From Neophaeotheca triangularis (Eukaryota), in NCBI GenBank assembly GCA_054600435.1, contig BAAIJX010000041.1, positions 124,001 to 188,000 on the forward strand: a stretch of 64,000 bases of DNA. The letters are read 5' to 3'. Of the stretch, positions 25,488 to 38,964 are shown piece after piece; the first letter of the stretch is position 1; each line of letters begins with the position of its first letter. A program made the translations under genes and the position numbers. Below the pieces are notes generated by a model that was not told the DNA's origin, made no database searches, and saw nothing but the letters and a program-made list of their open reading frames with translations.

Positions 25488-27659
25488 ATGGCCGAAAAGC
25501 GCGCCTCCGATGGACAGGAGCACATCGATGTAGTCCCCAATCACACCGCCAAAGACGATGTCGAGGAGACGATTGCGGATGCCAAGAACAACATCGACAC
25601 CAAACATCAAGACGAAGCCATGAAAGTCCTGGCCAATTACAATGGAGACTTGCATTGGGGGCCCGAAGAAGAGAAGGTTCTCGTTCGCAAGATCGACAAG
25701 CGCTTGCTGCCAATCCTCATCCTCACGTACGGTTTGCAGTACTACGACAAGGCCATGATCTCTCAAGCGGTAGGTCGTGTTTGCCGCACGAGCAGGACAG
25801 TTGGAGTTGACTCCGGTACAGGCCATCTTCGGTCTGCGAGAAGACCTCGACCTCAATACCGGTAATCGATATTCTTTCGCTTCGTCAATCTTCTACCTGG
25901 GCTTCATTTGCGGTGCCACGCCGGCTGTCGTTCTGGCCCAAAGGTTTCCCGTCGAGAGAACGGCTTTTGGAATCGTCTTCGTCTGGGGTATTGTAAGTGA
26001 AACCCGGCGATTGCAGACAGACGTGAAGGAGAATAGCACTGCCTGGCTCTCGTACGATCTCCTCTCAGAGGCCTAACATCGGCCTCAGGTAATGATGACG
26101 ACGGTCGCTTGTACCAATTATCAAGGCATTTATGCGCAGAGATTCTTTCTCGGCATGGTGGAGGCTGGCGTCTCGCCCATGTTTATGCTCATCGTCAGCT
26201 CTTTTTACAAAAAGTCTGTATATCCTAATTATGCTACTCCCCATATGGGTACTTGCTGACGAAAGTCTGCTTAATAGGAACGAACAGGCACTGCGAATGG
26301 GAGCTTGGTACTCGGCTAGTAAGATGCAATGCCGATCGAAACATTGATCCAAGCTGAGGTTCGAGCACAGCCGGATACGTTTCCATCTTTGCGCCTCTTG
26401 TCAACTACGGTCTCGGTCACATACAGGGCGGAGCATTGGTCTCGTGGCAATACAGTAGGCCTCCGCCTTGGGTTGATACCGTGATCGAAGGCCCTTGCTA
26501 ACGACCTACATAGTGTACCTAGTCGCCGGAAGTCTGACGGTTCTCTGGGCATTTGTCATCTTCTTCAAGTTGCCGCCGGACCCAATCCGTGTCAAGGGCT
26601 TTACCGAGAGAGAGCGCTACATTGCCATTGCCCGTTTGCGGTCTAACAATGCTGGAGTGCGAAATACTCACTTCAAGATGGCACAGGCAATCGAGGTCTT
26701 TACGGATCCAAGAGCGTGGATGGTCTTTGTAAGTGCCCGCCAAGACAGCTCTGGTGTTTTAGCCAGCAGTCGGAAAAATCGCTGATCGGACTTTCCACTG
26801 TAGAGCATGGCTTTCCTCATGTAAGTAAAACTCGACGAGATGAGTTGTACATGGCAAAAAAACATGCCCAGGCACTAGGCATGCCATGCGGAGCTCCCTT
26901 CGCTGACCGGTCTCACCACAGGATGATCGCCAACGGCCCCGTATCAACCTTCGTCCCCATCATCATACAAAGCTTCGGGTTCAGCCCGCTCGAGTCTCTC
27001 CTCCTCGTAATGCCCGCCGGACTCATAATCGGAACGATCGAATGGGTAGCTCCGTATGTCTGCTACAAATACCCCGGCTGGCGAACCTGGATGATCGTGA
27101 TTTGCCAAAGCGTGTCCGCGCTCGCCTCCCTCCTTCTCTGGCTCCTCCCCATCGAGAACACAGGTGCTCTCCTCTTCGCCTGCTACATCCTAGCCTTCTT
27201 TGGAGGATCCTACGCCGTGCTGATGGGCTTGCAGACGGCGAACACCGCCGGATATACGAAAAAGAGCGTGGCGGCTTCCTGGATCTTTTTAGGGGTATGT
27301 TCAGCCCGTCAACCTCTATACTTGATAATGCGCTGAAAGTTATATCCAGTATTGCTTGGGCAATGTTCTGGGACCTATGCTCTTCAAGGAGGAGGATGCG
27401 CCACGTTACGTGCCGGGCTTTATCGCTGTTTTTGCCACCACGGTCGCCACGGGGGTCATTTCCATCTTTTATCGCTACTACACTCTATTGGACAACAGAA
27501 AGCGCGATAGACTTGGAGAGGAGAACTACGAGAACGCTTACGACGACGATCTTACTGATACCAATGTGAGCCCGACATCTTTACCCCTGTGGACGGGTTT
27601 CATTGGCGTGGGAACTGACAGTTTGGCTGCAGAACAAGGGGTTCCGGTATCAGCTTTGA
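25488..27659 (+). CDS. MFS transporter, allantoate permease (Dal5/ACS) family, about 9-10 introns
   Basis: VRKIDKRLLPILILTYGLQYYDK, ANTAGYTKKS, GPMLFKEEDAPRY, C-terminal DDDLTDTNNKGFRYQL*. Confidence 0.88.
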
Positions 27660-28331
27660 GCTCGCACATTGAAGACAGACCATGGAACTTACTCTGATGG
27701 GAATATGGAGGGTCATGCTAGAGTACGCCCCTAGCAATACGGAGAACAATGGCACTTTGGGGTGCTGGCTGTGACTTCAGGGGTTCGGGGGTCAGAGTGT
27801 AGCTTTTAGAACGTTGGGTTCGCAGATCGAACGCAAGTTCTGGACCCACGCCATTTAAGAAGAATGCGTGCCTGTTATGTTCGTTCGATAGGTTCAATGA
27901 TTACCCAGTCTTATTTCGGTTCATTTGATTGGACCTTTTGTTAAAAATGCATCGCACGACCAAAGCCGGAATATCTTCCTCTTTCTTGGTCCCCTCGACA
28001 TATTGCCAGGATCTCTTGGAACAGGCCCGGGATATCGGCTCACTATAAGAGGGACGGTCATATCTGACCTGCTCGCCATGGCAAGACATCAACTTCAGCA
28101 GCTGCGGCGTAAGTAACGCGTGCACCAATCTGCCGTCTCAGGCGAATTTAGTGGCGCACTTCCCGATCTCGATGTCACGTCTCATGAGCGGCCAGGGGAA
28201 CTAAGACGACAAGATTGGGATTTCGAAACAGATCAGTCGACTCATGGTTCGACCAAGGCAGCTGTTACAAAACCACAGAAACACGCTCCATCACCACCAA
28301 GCGGTCGGACACACTCCCAAAGCCCCCGATC

Positions 28332-30231
28332 CTACTCCCCAGACATAGCCTTCTCCTTCTTATGCATCCGATTCAACCAATGATCCTTTGCATAAAACGT
28401 CCGCATGCGCTTTCCCCAGATCATAAAAGGAAAGACGGCCAGGTTGTTGATCAAAGTCACGGCGACGAAGATGCCGGAGATGATGACGACGTAGCCGGAT
28501 TCTTGCACCCATTGGAGGACCGATTGGCCGAAGCCGAAGCTGATGCTGGATTTGCCCACGCCTGAAAAGGGGCATTTAGTTTGGGTACAAGTGGGGAGGG
28601 TGAAACCGGGTGTTTTTTTGGGAGGGGGGGAACAAGGGAACGTACACATGGCGATGAGCATTTCGGACGTGTTGGATTGATAGCTGTCGACGGCGTAGGC
28701 GAGGGTGAAAGTGAAGTCTGCGAAGTTGGTGGGTCAGTTGTACTCCTTTTGCTGGATCTCGCCGACTTACAAAAGTAAGCTCCCCAAGACACCATGGCAA
28801 TACCAGCAAAGTATCCGACCCAGTGAAGCTGGTTCTGAGCCGTGACACCATACACGACGAGCCCGGCCGGGGCAATAACCATCGCTGGGAAAAGAACTCC
28901 CAACCTCATCTCCGCCTCACGAATGTGCCCGTTTTTCTTGGTCAAGCGAGCGGCCAAGCGGTCAGAGCTGGAAGTAAAAGGCACGGCGAGGGCGTAACCT
29001 ATCAGACTAGCGAGAGAGCCGAGACCGGAACTAGTTTGCGGCCATTCGTACGGAGGCGCGACGATGAGGATGGGGAAGGTGTAGTTGAAAACGAGCGCGC
29101 CGAGGCCAATGTAGATGCCGTAGCTGGCCATGACCCAAAAGATGGGCGCGACGAAGAAGTAGGACCAAAAGGTCCAAATGGGCTTCCAAAAGGACTCATG
29201 GTGATTGATGCCGCTCCAAGGTTTGAGCTGCTGCAGGTATGTGCGTCGCGGTGGGACGAGCGTTTCGACTTCGATGTGGTCCGAGGAGATGCCCTTCTCC
29301 TCGACTTCGTCTTGGCTGTAGACTTTGCCGTCACCGACGGGGGAGTCCCAGTCGGAGCTGCGTCCAGCGGTATTCTGGTCGTCGTGAGCAGGGGCTCGGT
29401 GGAGCTTGCGTCTGTACTGCGTCTCCTCGACGAAAAAGAATGTTAAGATAAGGATCAAGCCGGCGAAAGCCGCCTCCACCCAAAAGAAAAGCCTCCAACC
29501 GATGCCGCTTTCCACACTCGTCAGCATTTAATAAAAGTGGCTACATATTTGACATCAAACTCACCCTGCCAACATGTATCCAGCGTACAGCGGCCCTGTG
29601 GCGCCGAAACACAGCGCTACAGTGTAGAAACCAAGCATAGTCCCGCGTTCATGCAGGAAGAAAATATCATTGACCAAAGCAACTGGCAACGCCTCGCACA
29701 CACCAGACGTGAAGGTATGAATAACTCTACACAGCATCAAAGTGCCATAGGAGTTACTCACGGCGCAGCCAATCAAGCCAATGAAGTACAGCGCAACCGT
29801 TCCCAGCATGATGGGCCTCCGTCCAAACTTGATGTACAGCGGGATCAAGAGGATGGTGCCGCCGCCATAGCACAAGGTCGGGTATGAGACTAGGCCGGAA
29901 GCGGTGTTTGGGTCGATGCCAAATTCTTCCGCAAAGAGAGAGATGTAAACCGAGGGGCCCAAGCAAGCGGTATTGCTGAAGAAACAGTAGAGGATGATTA
30001 CGATGAGGATCATTATCTTCCTCCACCGAGGCCATTGTAGTGGATCGTTTGGATCGTTGGCAGGAGGAGGGTAGAGAGCTTGTCCTAATTTGGAGGTGTC
30101 GCCCTCGGCGACAGCGAGGTTGACAGTTCCTGGGATGCCCTCCTCACGCGCATGACTAGGCCGTCAATTAGTAGGCGAATAGAACGCAATTAGTCCTTTC
30201 TGGCTCACCTGTGTGCCAATTGGGGTGCCAT
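28332..30231 (-). CDS. MFS transporter, Hol1-like, multi-exon
   Basis: N-terminal PANDPNDPLQWPRWRK, KFGRRP, DIFFLHERG, REAEMRL. ATG at 30231 followed by a GTGAGC intron. Confidence 0.85.
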
Positions 30232-31678
30232 GTTTGATCAAGGCCGAAGAAAGGTGTTAAGAAAAAGAAGAAGACGAGAGGGACTCCCTCGAGGTTTAGT
30301 ACTCGCAGCACAAGAGTCGAACTGCCGAATCTGGGCACACATTGCTATCAAGAAAACCTGCCGCTCTCATTGAACACAACCCCGTACCCCGCGAGCCCAG
30401 CACCCTGGCAGCCACGACCGCCTAATAAAAGGTAAGACGTCCAGATCGCTAAATAACCGACGGAGATCAGCCTCTGCATGGGTTCGTCGATTGAATGACT
30501 TCCTGTGACCAGGATGTGTTTGTTCTGCGCTTTCGCAGTGTGACAGACATAATACTGAACAGCGAAGGGCGTCTACCTAACCTTATCTAACAAACGTGTG
30601 CTCGGTATCGAAGTACCTGGAAAAGGTAAAGGCGACGGTCGGGCACGGTCGGGGTCTCTTACCCCGGTCCTTTACCCCACAAAACACAAAAGCACGCACG
30701 CACGCTGGACCCACGTGCGCCCCGTGGAGTTTCGACGCCACGCCAATCTACTTACCGAGCCGTCAATCACCTTCCAGGTTCCCTTTAAAAACAATCAAAC
30801 CTAAGACGACAATCTCTCTGGGCCAGCGAACGCGTTTGTGTCGAACCGTCGCTAACGAATGTGCGTCGAGACACACGTATCAAGAATGGACTGGACTATA
30901 GCTGCAGATAACAATTCTTCCAGCTCTTTTCTTCTCCTTTCATAGGTAACCTTTAGATGTGATTTGAGCTCCAGACTCGGCGTAACCTGAAACTTCCAAA
31001 CTAACATGTACGCGCAGAGCCATTGGTATCAAGGGGAAATGCGGCAGATAGTCTTTGATGATTGCCGGGGGGTGTAGCGGCCAGTCTCCCTGCCTCGGAG
31101 ACGCGAATCAGCAGTGGTGCAGTCGCAGAGGCGATGTCACAAATGGTCCGGAGCAGCTTCTCGAGAGCTTTGGCCGGCACTTGATCAGCTGTGCACAGCC
31201 GAGATCCCAAGATCTTAGGCCTCGTCAATTTTTCCCTTGCCATCTGCGCACAAGATTGTACCTCCTACACGACAGCTCCAAACTCGCAAGCCAACGCATA
31301 GGCCATGCTCTTTGGTCTGCGAATTCTATATCCGAGCGCGTTGCCTTCTTTGTCAAGGCGAAGCGATTCTCGGCCGGACGATTCCAACTCAAGACCGCGC
31401 AGAACATGTTGCCCGTCCCTGAGCAGTCTAATCCCAGCTGCGAACACGATGTAGCGCGGAGCAGACGTTTCGATCCGTCGTAACCACCGTACCACGCTAT
31501 GCTAGTTATTTCCAAACGGGTTTCAATTCCAGCCCAGTGACCCTCGCTCATGATCTCGCAAGCCACCCTTCTCGTCCCTCAGTGGAGTCTAGTACCGGCC
31601 CTGGTACGCAAGTACGGCGCGACAGCAACCGTTGTCACCCATCACTAAGACCAATCGTACCACGCCACACCACACGCC

Positions 31679-33283
31679 TCACATCTCGCCCTCTCTCTCC
31701 GCCCCAGCATCCGCATCAGCAACAGCACAACTAACCCCCGCCCCTAACACACCACTTTCCCCCCTCACGACCCTAACCCACACGGCCCCCCTATCAGCCC
31801 CACTCCCCTCAGCCAAAAGATCCAACCATCCCTGCACCCTGCCCCTAAAAAGAGGGAACTTCTCCACAATACTGCCATTAGCAGCTACAACGACTCTAGC
31901 AGCCTTGTCAGAAGGTTCGAGGTTCTGGCTCTGGACGTGCAGCAGCCAGAGGGCGTGAAGGGCGGTTGCTACGAGAGCTGCCGCGCGGTTCGTGACGGAG
32001 AGGGAGGTCTCGCGGATGAAGTTTAGGTCGCTGGGGGTTAGGGGCTGGGTGGTTGGGTGGGTGGTTTGGAAAATTGTGGCGGCGTGGGGGAGGTTGGAGC
32101 AGGGGTCTGTTTCGAAGGCTGCGAGGATCGGGGCGGTGAGGGTATAGGGGTCGCGGAGGGAGGGGATGGGGAAGGGACGAGGTTCGCGGGTAGGGTGTGG
32201 TTGGGTTTGCGTTTTTTGATTTGAGAGGAAGGGGGTAGTTTCGTAGGCTTCTAGGAGGATTAGCCGGACGATTTCGCCGAGGTAGCGGCCGGCGGTTAGG
32301 TATTCGAGCGGTTGGAAGTCGGGGAGTGGGTGGGTTGCGTTGAGGTGTCTGTCCCAGCGGGTTCGGGGGAGGGTGTTTTTGCCGAACATTGACATTTCAG
32401 TATTGATGAGAGTATGTGGAGGGGGTTTTGAGCGCCAGGACGCTGGGCGCGAGGAGTGTTTGCTCGGGCCGAGGATGGAGGTTGGGAGGTAGATGGCGGC
32501 GTTGGTGCCAGTGCCGAGGATGAGGGAGATGCGGGTGGTTGGGTCGCGGTAGGCTTGTGAGAGGAGCGTGGCGGAGCTATCGTTGACAATGGCTTTCATT
32601 TCGACATTGAGGTCTTTGTGTGCACAGGAGCGCATAATGAGGGATGAAAGATCTTGGCCTTCGATGCCTTGCGTGGCATGGAAATCTTTGCCCATTGGTA
32701 GTATACGACCACTTCGTTGCGAGGTCTGTTCGATTGGGAAAGACCATGCGACTCCCATGTCTAGCTTGGCGTTATTCGTGCCTTCCATGCGGTTGTATTC
32801 GGACAACATGTCCTCTATCCGTTCAGCCATCCAGTCGAAAAACTTCTGTCCCTCTAGATCGCGGACCGCCTTATCAATCGGAAAAGACCGTATGCGTGTC
32901 GTTTGCAACGTATCCCCTTCCGTTCCCGGCCTCCTGCCAGTCAACCTAACCAAAGCGATCCGAAGCGTCGAGCCCCCCACATCCAGCGTGAGAAAGTCTC
33001 CCTCCTCTGTTCCCGTTGGAAGTGTATGGTGATACGATGGCAGCATTGATATCTCCGACGACTGCAGCCTTTCTCTATACTCTTCTCCCAGCGCGCCTGA
33101 CATGAGAAGTAGTTGCTTGACCTCAAGCGGCGCCTCGAGGAGGCTTCGCACCTCGCTCGTGAAGGCTTCCATGCTCTTTTCGCGAACGGGCTCGACTACA
33201 TGGCGAGGGCGTTTAGGCTTCGACGGGCATTTGTGGTCGTCGGAGTGGATAGTCTGGGTTATGGAGTACAGCATCGCTACCAT
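31679..33283 (-). CDS. hxk3: Hexokinase-family protein, GlcNAc kinase type (Hxk3/HxkC/C. albicans Hxk1-like)
   Basis: LDVGGSTLRI, AWSFPIEQT, MGKDF, IVND, LILGTGTNA, INTEMSMFG, FQPLEY. GlcNAc-kinase assignment rests on context near ngs1/ron1. Start codon uncertain. Confidence 0.82.
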   Translation of the reverse strand: MVAMLYSITQTIHSDDHKCPSKPKRPRHVVEPVREKSMEAFTSEVRSLLEAPLEVKQLLLMSGALGEEYRERLQSSEISMLPSYHHTLPTGTEEGDFLTLDVGGSTLRIALVRLTGRRPGTEGDTLQTTRIRSFPIDKAVRDLEGQKFFDWMAERIEDMLSEYNRMEGTNNAKLDMGVAWSFPIEQTSQRSGRILPMGKDFHATQGIEGQDLSSLIMRSCAHKDLNVEMKAIVNDSSATLLSQAYRDPTTRISLILGTGTNAAIYLPTSILGPSKHSSRPASWRSKPPPHTLINTEMSMFGKNTLPRTRWDRHLNATHPLPDFQPLEYLTAGRYLGEIVRLILLEAYETTPFLSNQKTQTQPHPTREPRPFPIPSLRDPYTLTAPILAAFETDPCSNLPHAATIFQTTHPTTQPLTPSDLNFIRETSLSVTNRAAALVATALHALWLLHVQSQNLEPSDKAARVVVAANGSIVEKFPLFRGRVQGWLDLLAEGSGADRGAVWVRVVRGESGVLGAGVSCAVADADAGAEREGEM

Positions 33284-35311
33284 GACCTGGCGGATTAATA
33301 GTCCCGTATGCGCTTCCAGACACTAACGAGGGACAAAAAGAGAAAGCAAGCGGCTGATGTCAAGTAGAGTGGTTGGCTTTGACAGCTGAGGTGGAGCTAG
33401 CGTGGGCGGGAGGCACAGTCAATGGCTTGGTGTTGGTGCGTGATATCGTTGAATCATGGGCCAAACCGGTGAAGTCGTGGATGTGCGGCCTGTAGCTCGC
33501 CGGAGATGCTGGCAGTTGAAGCGGAAAACAACGGCATGGATTCTCTGCTACTGCGCGGCGCGGCAGCGAGGGCGGGACTGAACCCGTTGTTTGGGATTGG
33601 TGATGGTGATGGTGTTGGAACCCGGAGGTGGTGGTGGTGGTAATGGTGGTGGTGGTGGTACTACGGCACGAGATGACGGTAATGTGCGAGGCTCCAAAAG
33701 ACGCGCTCTCTGCTATCGTGCTCCATGAGCGCTGGAGTGGGAGGTACAGGCGATAGTAGGCAAGTAACAGTAGCGGTAGCAGTATGCAACGGAGTATTTA
33801 GTGTGACGGTGACAGTGGGCCCCTCTACTGCGGTTGGAGTTGGGATGTACTCGTTGGACGGTCGGACTAACATCAATACGGGTACATGCGGAATATGCCG
33901 TGTACTTTGAAAATAGAGTTACGTGTCAGCTGAGTATATATCTTCTACTTTGCCTTCTTTGTAGATACCCAAGGTTTCGTCGCTAATAACGTTTTTCCTG
34001 CCCTACGCCTATACCTTCCGTCCTGGTAACATAAATCACAAAATAGCCCACTCACGTGCCCACGATCACTGAGATGCGGCGAAGGGCTTAGTTGATGCCT
34101 TAGGCACTCAATTTCGCCATATATACTCTCCACACCCGAGTAGGTACCTCCTACACGACAACACCCTGAACATGTCAAAACGGGTACGACGCCACATACA
34201 GCGGGACGCAATCAACGCTCTCGTCTTTCTGCGGGACCCGAGAGCAGCCTTCAGCTAATCCAGGCGAATGTGACGTTGCATCCTCCCTCGACGCCTCATC
34301 TGGAAGCTGAGGTGAGCATCCTCAACCACAACCTCATAAGACCATTACTGTGGCCGGCCGAGGATGCTTCAATCGCCGTCAGTCGGGCAACATGTGAGCT
34401 CCATGCCACCAACCTCAACACCCCGGCAACTCCGGGATCAAACATGTGGTGAGCGTTGCTTGCGCTTCTCCTCCAGAGCAATTTGCACCAGCCAGCATTC
34501 CGTCTAGTCTTTGTCGTTGCATGGTGTATCACCTCGTAGCATCACGCTTTTTCACGAGCAGTGCGCAGGATCCATCTCTCTCCAAAAGGAGTCTCTCTCT
34601 GAGAAGAGCAAGCAGAAACCATGTAGCAATCGACGGAAAACGTCTTAGAAGACTGGAATGTCGCGGTGTCCAGCAAATTACACCCCCACTCCGCCTTGCG
34701 CCAATTGTCGCGATTCTAGGTGTTCGCATGGTATGGGGAAGCAGTTTTGCCCAAACTTTCTTCAGCAGCAGACAACCCTGACTTCTCAAGTTCCTAAGGC
34801 GAAGTCCGAACGCATACGCAATTCATCCAGCTGAGTGGGAATTCCCCAACCTTTCAGTGTCGAATCAGCAGCCTAACTTGGGCGTTTAAAAGTCTCTAGG
34901 CGCTTGATATCACACGTCATGCACCTACAAGCCACCTGCATCTTTGCGGGGGACTTTACATCTCGCTCGCTGACTTTGCCAATCTATCCGGCTGGCAGCG
35001 TGGCACGAGAAGGCCCCTCGAGGTCTGCGAGAATTAATTAGTTCATCAGGTCAACAAGTCGGAGCGGCTCCCTTCATGTGGTTGCCTACTATATATCAGC
35101 GACCTCCTTGACGAATAATCAGCAAGTACAGATGACAAGTACTTATCAACCGGTGAGGCTGCGCCTTGGCCATGCAGCTATCAGCACAGCCTTGCACACC
35201 TACAAAGAGAGGTGCGAGCCACCATCTTCCCCGTTTTCACACCATCTCTTTGTGGCGAGCCACCTTCACAACATTGTGTCGGGCTTTTGAAGAGTTCATG
35301 ACACGGCGACC

Positions 35312-38300
35312 ATGGCTTTCGAGCTGGCGGTTGGAGTCATTGGCATCTCATCCCTTGCTATCCAGTTGGCGGGCTCAGCTCAGAAGCTTCAAACCTACTG
35401 CCACGACTACAGCACAGCTCCGAAACAAGTCAAAGAGCTCGTTGAGGAGCTCCAGTTGGTGAAAGGGATTCTCGAAGGATTCAGCCCGGCGCAAGATGCG
35501 TCGAGCACTTCTGGAACAGTTTCCCTCGACGACCGCTGCAAGAGGTGGTGTATGTCGATTCGGGATGATATTGCGAGTGTCCTAGACGAGCTGGAGCAGA
35601 GCTTCGCCCAGCGAACGCACAAGACGAAGTTCATTTTCATTTTCAAGAAGGAGAAGATTGGTGAAATGATGGGAAAGCTTGAGCGGGCGAAGTCGATGCT
35701 GCTCCTGGGGAGGCAGCTAGGTCAAGGGTGCGTGTGCTCAAGGGTACAATGTCAGCGATTTACTGACTTTATATATTTGAAGCGAATCGGTTCGGCGGCA
35801 ACTCGACGATCTCTCGCAGCAATCAACCTCTTTAGTTACGGGTATAACTGGCCTACAACAAAGTGCCGACGCCGCAGCAGCAGGCATTCAGGACGTGGGC
35901 CACGATGTGGCAAATATCAGGGCTTCCACCAGTGCTCTTCAACAGGAAACCGTTCTCTTGCTGCCTCGGCATAAAGAAATCGTGCAAGAGATCAGAGCCT
36001 CAGCTTCCAGTCACGATAACACTGCGGCGCAGCACTCCCGGATTCTCAACAACGTCCAAAGCGACCTCTTGCTGGCTAACCAAGCCATCGCCGCCCTTCG
36101 TGCGAATGCGGATTCGACCGAACAAGTAGTTGCTCACATTCCGCGCCAATTCCAAGAACACCAGTTGACAGTATCAGAGCACCTCCAAGAACAAAGAAAA
36201 GCTAACGCGCAGATATTCGATGACTTCCAAGCATGGAAGCAGCGCTCGGATCACACATCTCAGTCTGTGGAACGTATCGAAGACATGACCGCGTCGATCG
36301 TCCGAGATACCAAACGAACCGAGGAACACATGGCTCGTGTAGCCACTCACTTCTATGGCACACCTGAATACGTTGCAACAGGGGCTACTACCGAGCAGAC
36401 CAAAACACGCCTTGCTATCCAGCTCTTTCCACCGAGGATCGAGTACGAGTACACGGTCACCAGGGGCTCGGCTGTGCAAGCACAATCCCGCGACGCTTCT
36501 GGACAAGGGCAAAGCAAGTCACGTAAGAAGAAGGACATTCTCTTCCGCATCAAATTGCCCACCGTGTTCGTACAGTATCAATGGGGACTCTGCGTCAAAC
36601 GAGAGACTTCGATCTGGAGGCCTCGCATTACGCCGTACTATGTTCGCGACTTTCATTGCGGCCCTGGGCGTAGCCCTGACGGTGGGTTTGGCAGTCTTGA
36701 AGATATCTTTCTTCGTGGTGCGGCATCGGACCTTCAGTCAATGCTCAGCACTGGAAAGTTGTCAATTTACGATGTTGACGAAGAAGGCCGAAATTTGTTA
36801 CAGGTATGCCATCCGCGAAAAGCCTGCGGGCGCTCATCACATACTCAATGGATACTGAGCACTGAAGAAGATTGCTTTGTTCTATTTGAATGAAGATATG
36901 GCTGGCTTCTTGAAGAAGCAGGGCCTTCGACTTAACGCCACTGAAGTGTTGGTAAGTCTCTCTAGTCACTAGCTTTTCAACGCTGTGCTATCGTCTACGG
37001 AATGTCCTTGCTGATAGAAGCAGCAACTATGGAGATTTACACTTGAACAGAGTCTGAGACGCGAATTGTTCACTGAAGTTCTTACGTTGGAGAAAATTAC
37101 GGAAAAGTGGCGTGCGACCCTAGATGATCGAGAAGATGGCATTGAAGTTGCTATGGATCAAGCAGAGGCATATGGCCTTTCTCGTACTTCCGCTAGCCTA
37201 CTTTTCGCAGGAAAACCGCTAGCGGAACTGACAAATCGCGAGAAAGTCATGTATGTCCTTGACTGTGTGGGCGAGCTTGATGAGTGCGACCATTGCTCTC
37301 CTTACTGGCAGGTTTTGGCATTCTTGACAATAGCAGTCGACGATCCCGAGATCTATTGCCTGAGGGGGCTTCGAGGGGCCAGCTTCCTCATACACACCAC
37401 GAGATATGAGGCGATGAAGAATTGGCGTCGTATGAATCGTTTTTATTTCGACGGTAACGACGTGTACGACCGTATGTTGGTCCTTGCAATCCGACACGAC
37501 GATTTATTTTCGTATGTCAGCTACAACGGCGTTTGGACATCTCTTCTAGGCCTGTATTTGAAGCTGGCGATCGCTGGGAGCGCTCCCAGGTTCGACACTG
37601 TAGCAACGACCGGAGTGTTGCGACACTGGGTAGACCTGGTGCATAGGTTTGGCGGTATTGATCTGGAAGCCTACGGGGCGCACGAACTCAAGCAGCTGAA
37701 GATCGCCCAAAGACAGCAGCCGACGGCATCCTCTGGTTTTGGTTGTCGTTGCAGCACTCATGCAACGCAGACGAGTGATCCCGACTCTTGCTGCGAGAAC
37801 AGATACTTTTGGAGCTTCAGCTATGGATCAAACCCCGAAGACTGGCATTTTTGGTTCGAGGAAATCACGGATTGTTATGCTGGTGAATTCTGGATCCAAC
37901 TGGAACGTCGCCAGCGTGCGCTGCCTCTTGCCTCGAAAATTGTCCAAGCTCATTCCAGACTTTGCGCGGATTATAGTTGTACCAAGCATGACTGCTACGA
38001 CCAGATGCCGGGTAGTTGGAACCGCGCCGTCTCTACCTCATGGAACGACGGGCTTGGGCTCAAGACTGAAGGCCCTCGCTTTAAGGCTTTGCCGCTCAAG
38101 GAGGAGGTCGATGAACTCTGGCCGCTTCGGGACACCGACATCGTCACGCGGATCATGAACATCACCTTGGGAGGCCAAAGTGGTACCAAAGCAGGACATA
38201 TTGCCCATCGGACACGAGATGGATGCGATTTTCCGCCGCACTACTCTGATAGCCCGTTATCTCCCGGTTACCTAATCTACCACACCTTCTTTGACCTCTT

Positions 38301-38964
38301 TGTCAAGTGGCACGGCGAAGACCACGAGTTCCAAAGCATGGCAAAAGCTCTAGAGAGCGCCACATGCGATTGGGAAATCGCATTTGCAGCAAACCAACAC
38401 CTGCGGATCAAACTAGGCGGCTGTTGTTGTGCTGAGCCTCCACAATATTTCCCCAAACCTTCTGCTGTAATCAAGCGACCCGACCAAAAAGCCCGGCCCC
38501 TACGGTACCATCCATTGCCAGGTGAGGCTTCGCTGAGAAAAAATTGGCGGAGGGCGGAACAGTACCGCTGCCAGAAGGAACGGGAAAAGCGTCGTTCTTA
38601 TGCTGTTGATTTCTACCTCTCGCTCTCTGAGCCTCTTTGGTCCTTCCGATATGACTTCGACAGCGACTTCAAGCTCAGTGACTTCTTCGATATCAGTGAA
38701 AGACCAAGTGAGCCACGCCCTTTGATCGCTACCCGGTCCGCAAATGGAACGCTTCCCCATTCAACCTCCCCATCCCAAGCGCGCGAGGACGATTCCGATC
38801 TCGACATCCTCTCGCCAGCCGAGCAGAGCGAGGTCTTTCGCTTCGGCGAAGAGCAGTGCGGAGCCGGCCTCTCAGACAGCCTAGCCCGGAACCCAATTCT
38901 CGACCTCACCTTCGACGTTGAGAGAACGCGAACATCGACCGAGTCGCAGAATGAGGAGGCGTAG
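35312..38964 (+). CDS. Fungal protein with N-terminal HeLo-like (STAND N-terminal) domain, coiled coil and a conserved GxDLxxYG...YGxxPEDW...EFW...MPGSW region; multi-exon
   Basis: MAFELAVGVIGISSLAIQLAGSAQKL...APKQVKELVEELQLV. Intron 35728-35782 joins ORF 35312 in frame to ORF 35895; further introns near 36804 and 36952 lead to ORF 37066-38964. Confidence 0.7.

Noticed and set aside
33600..33660. (GGT)n, (CTA)n and (CCAT)n tracts upstream of hxk3 and ngt1
   Set aside because: Ordinary microsatellites with no evidence of function.
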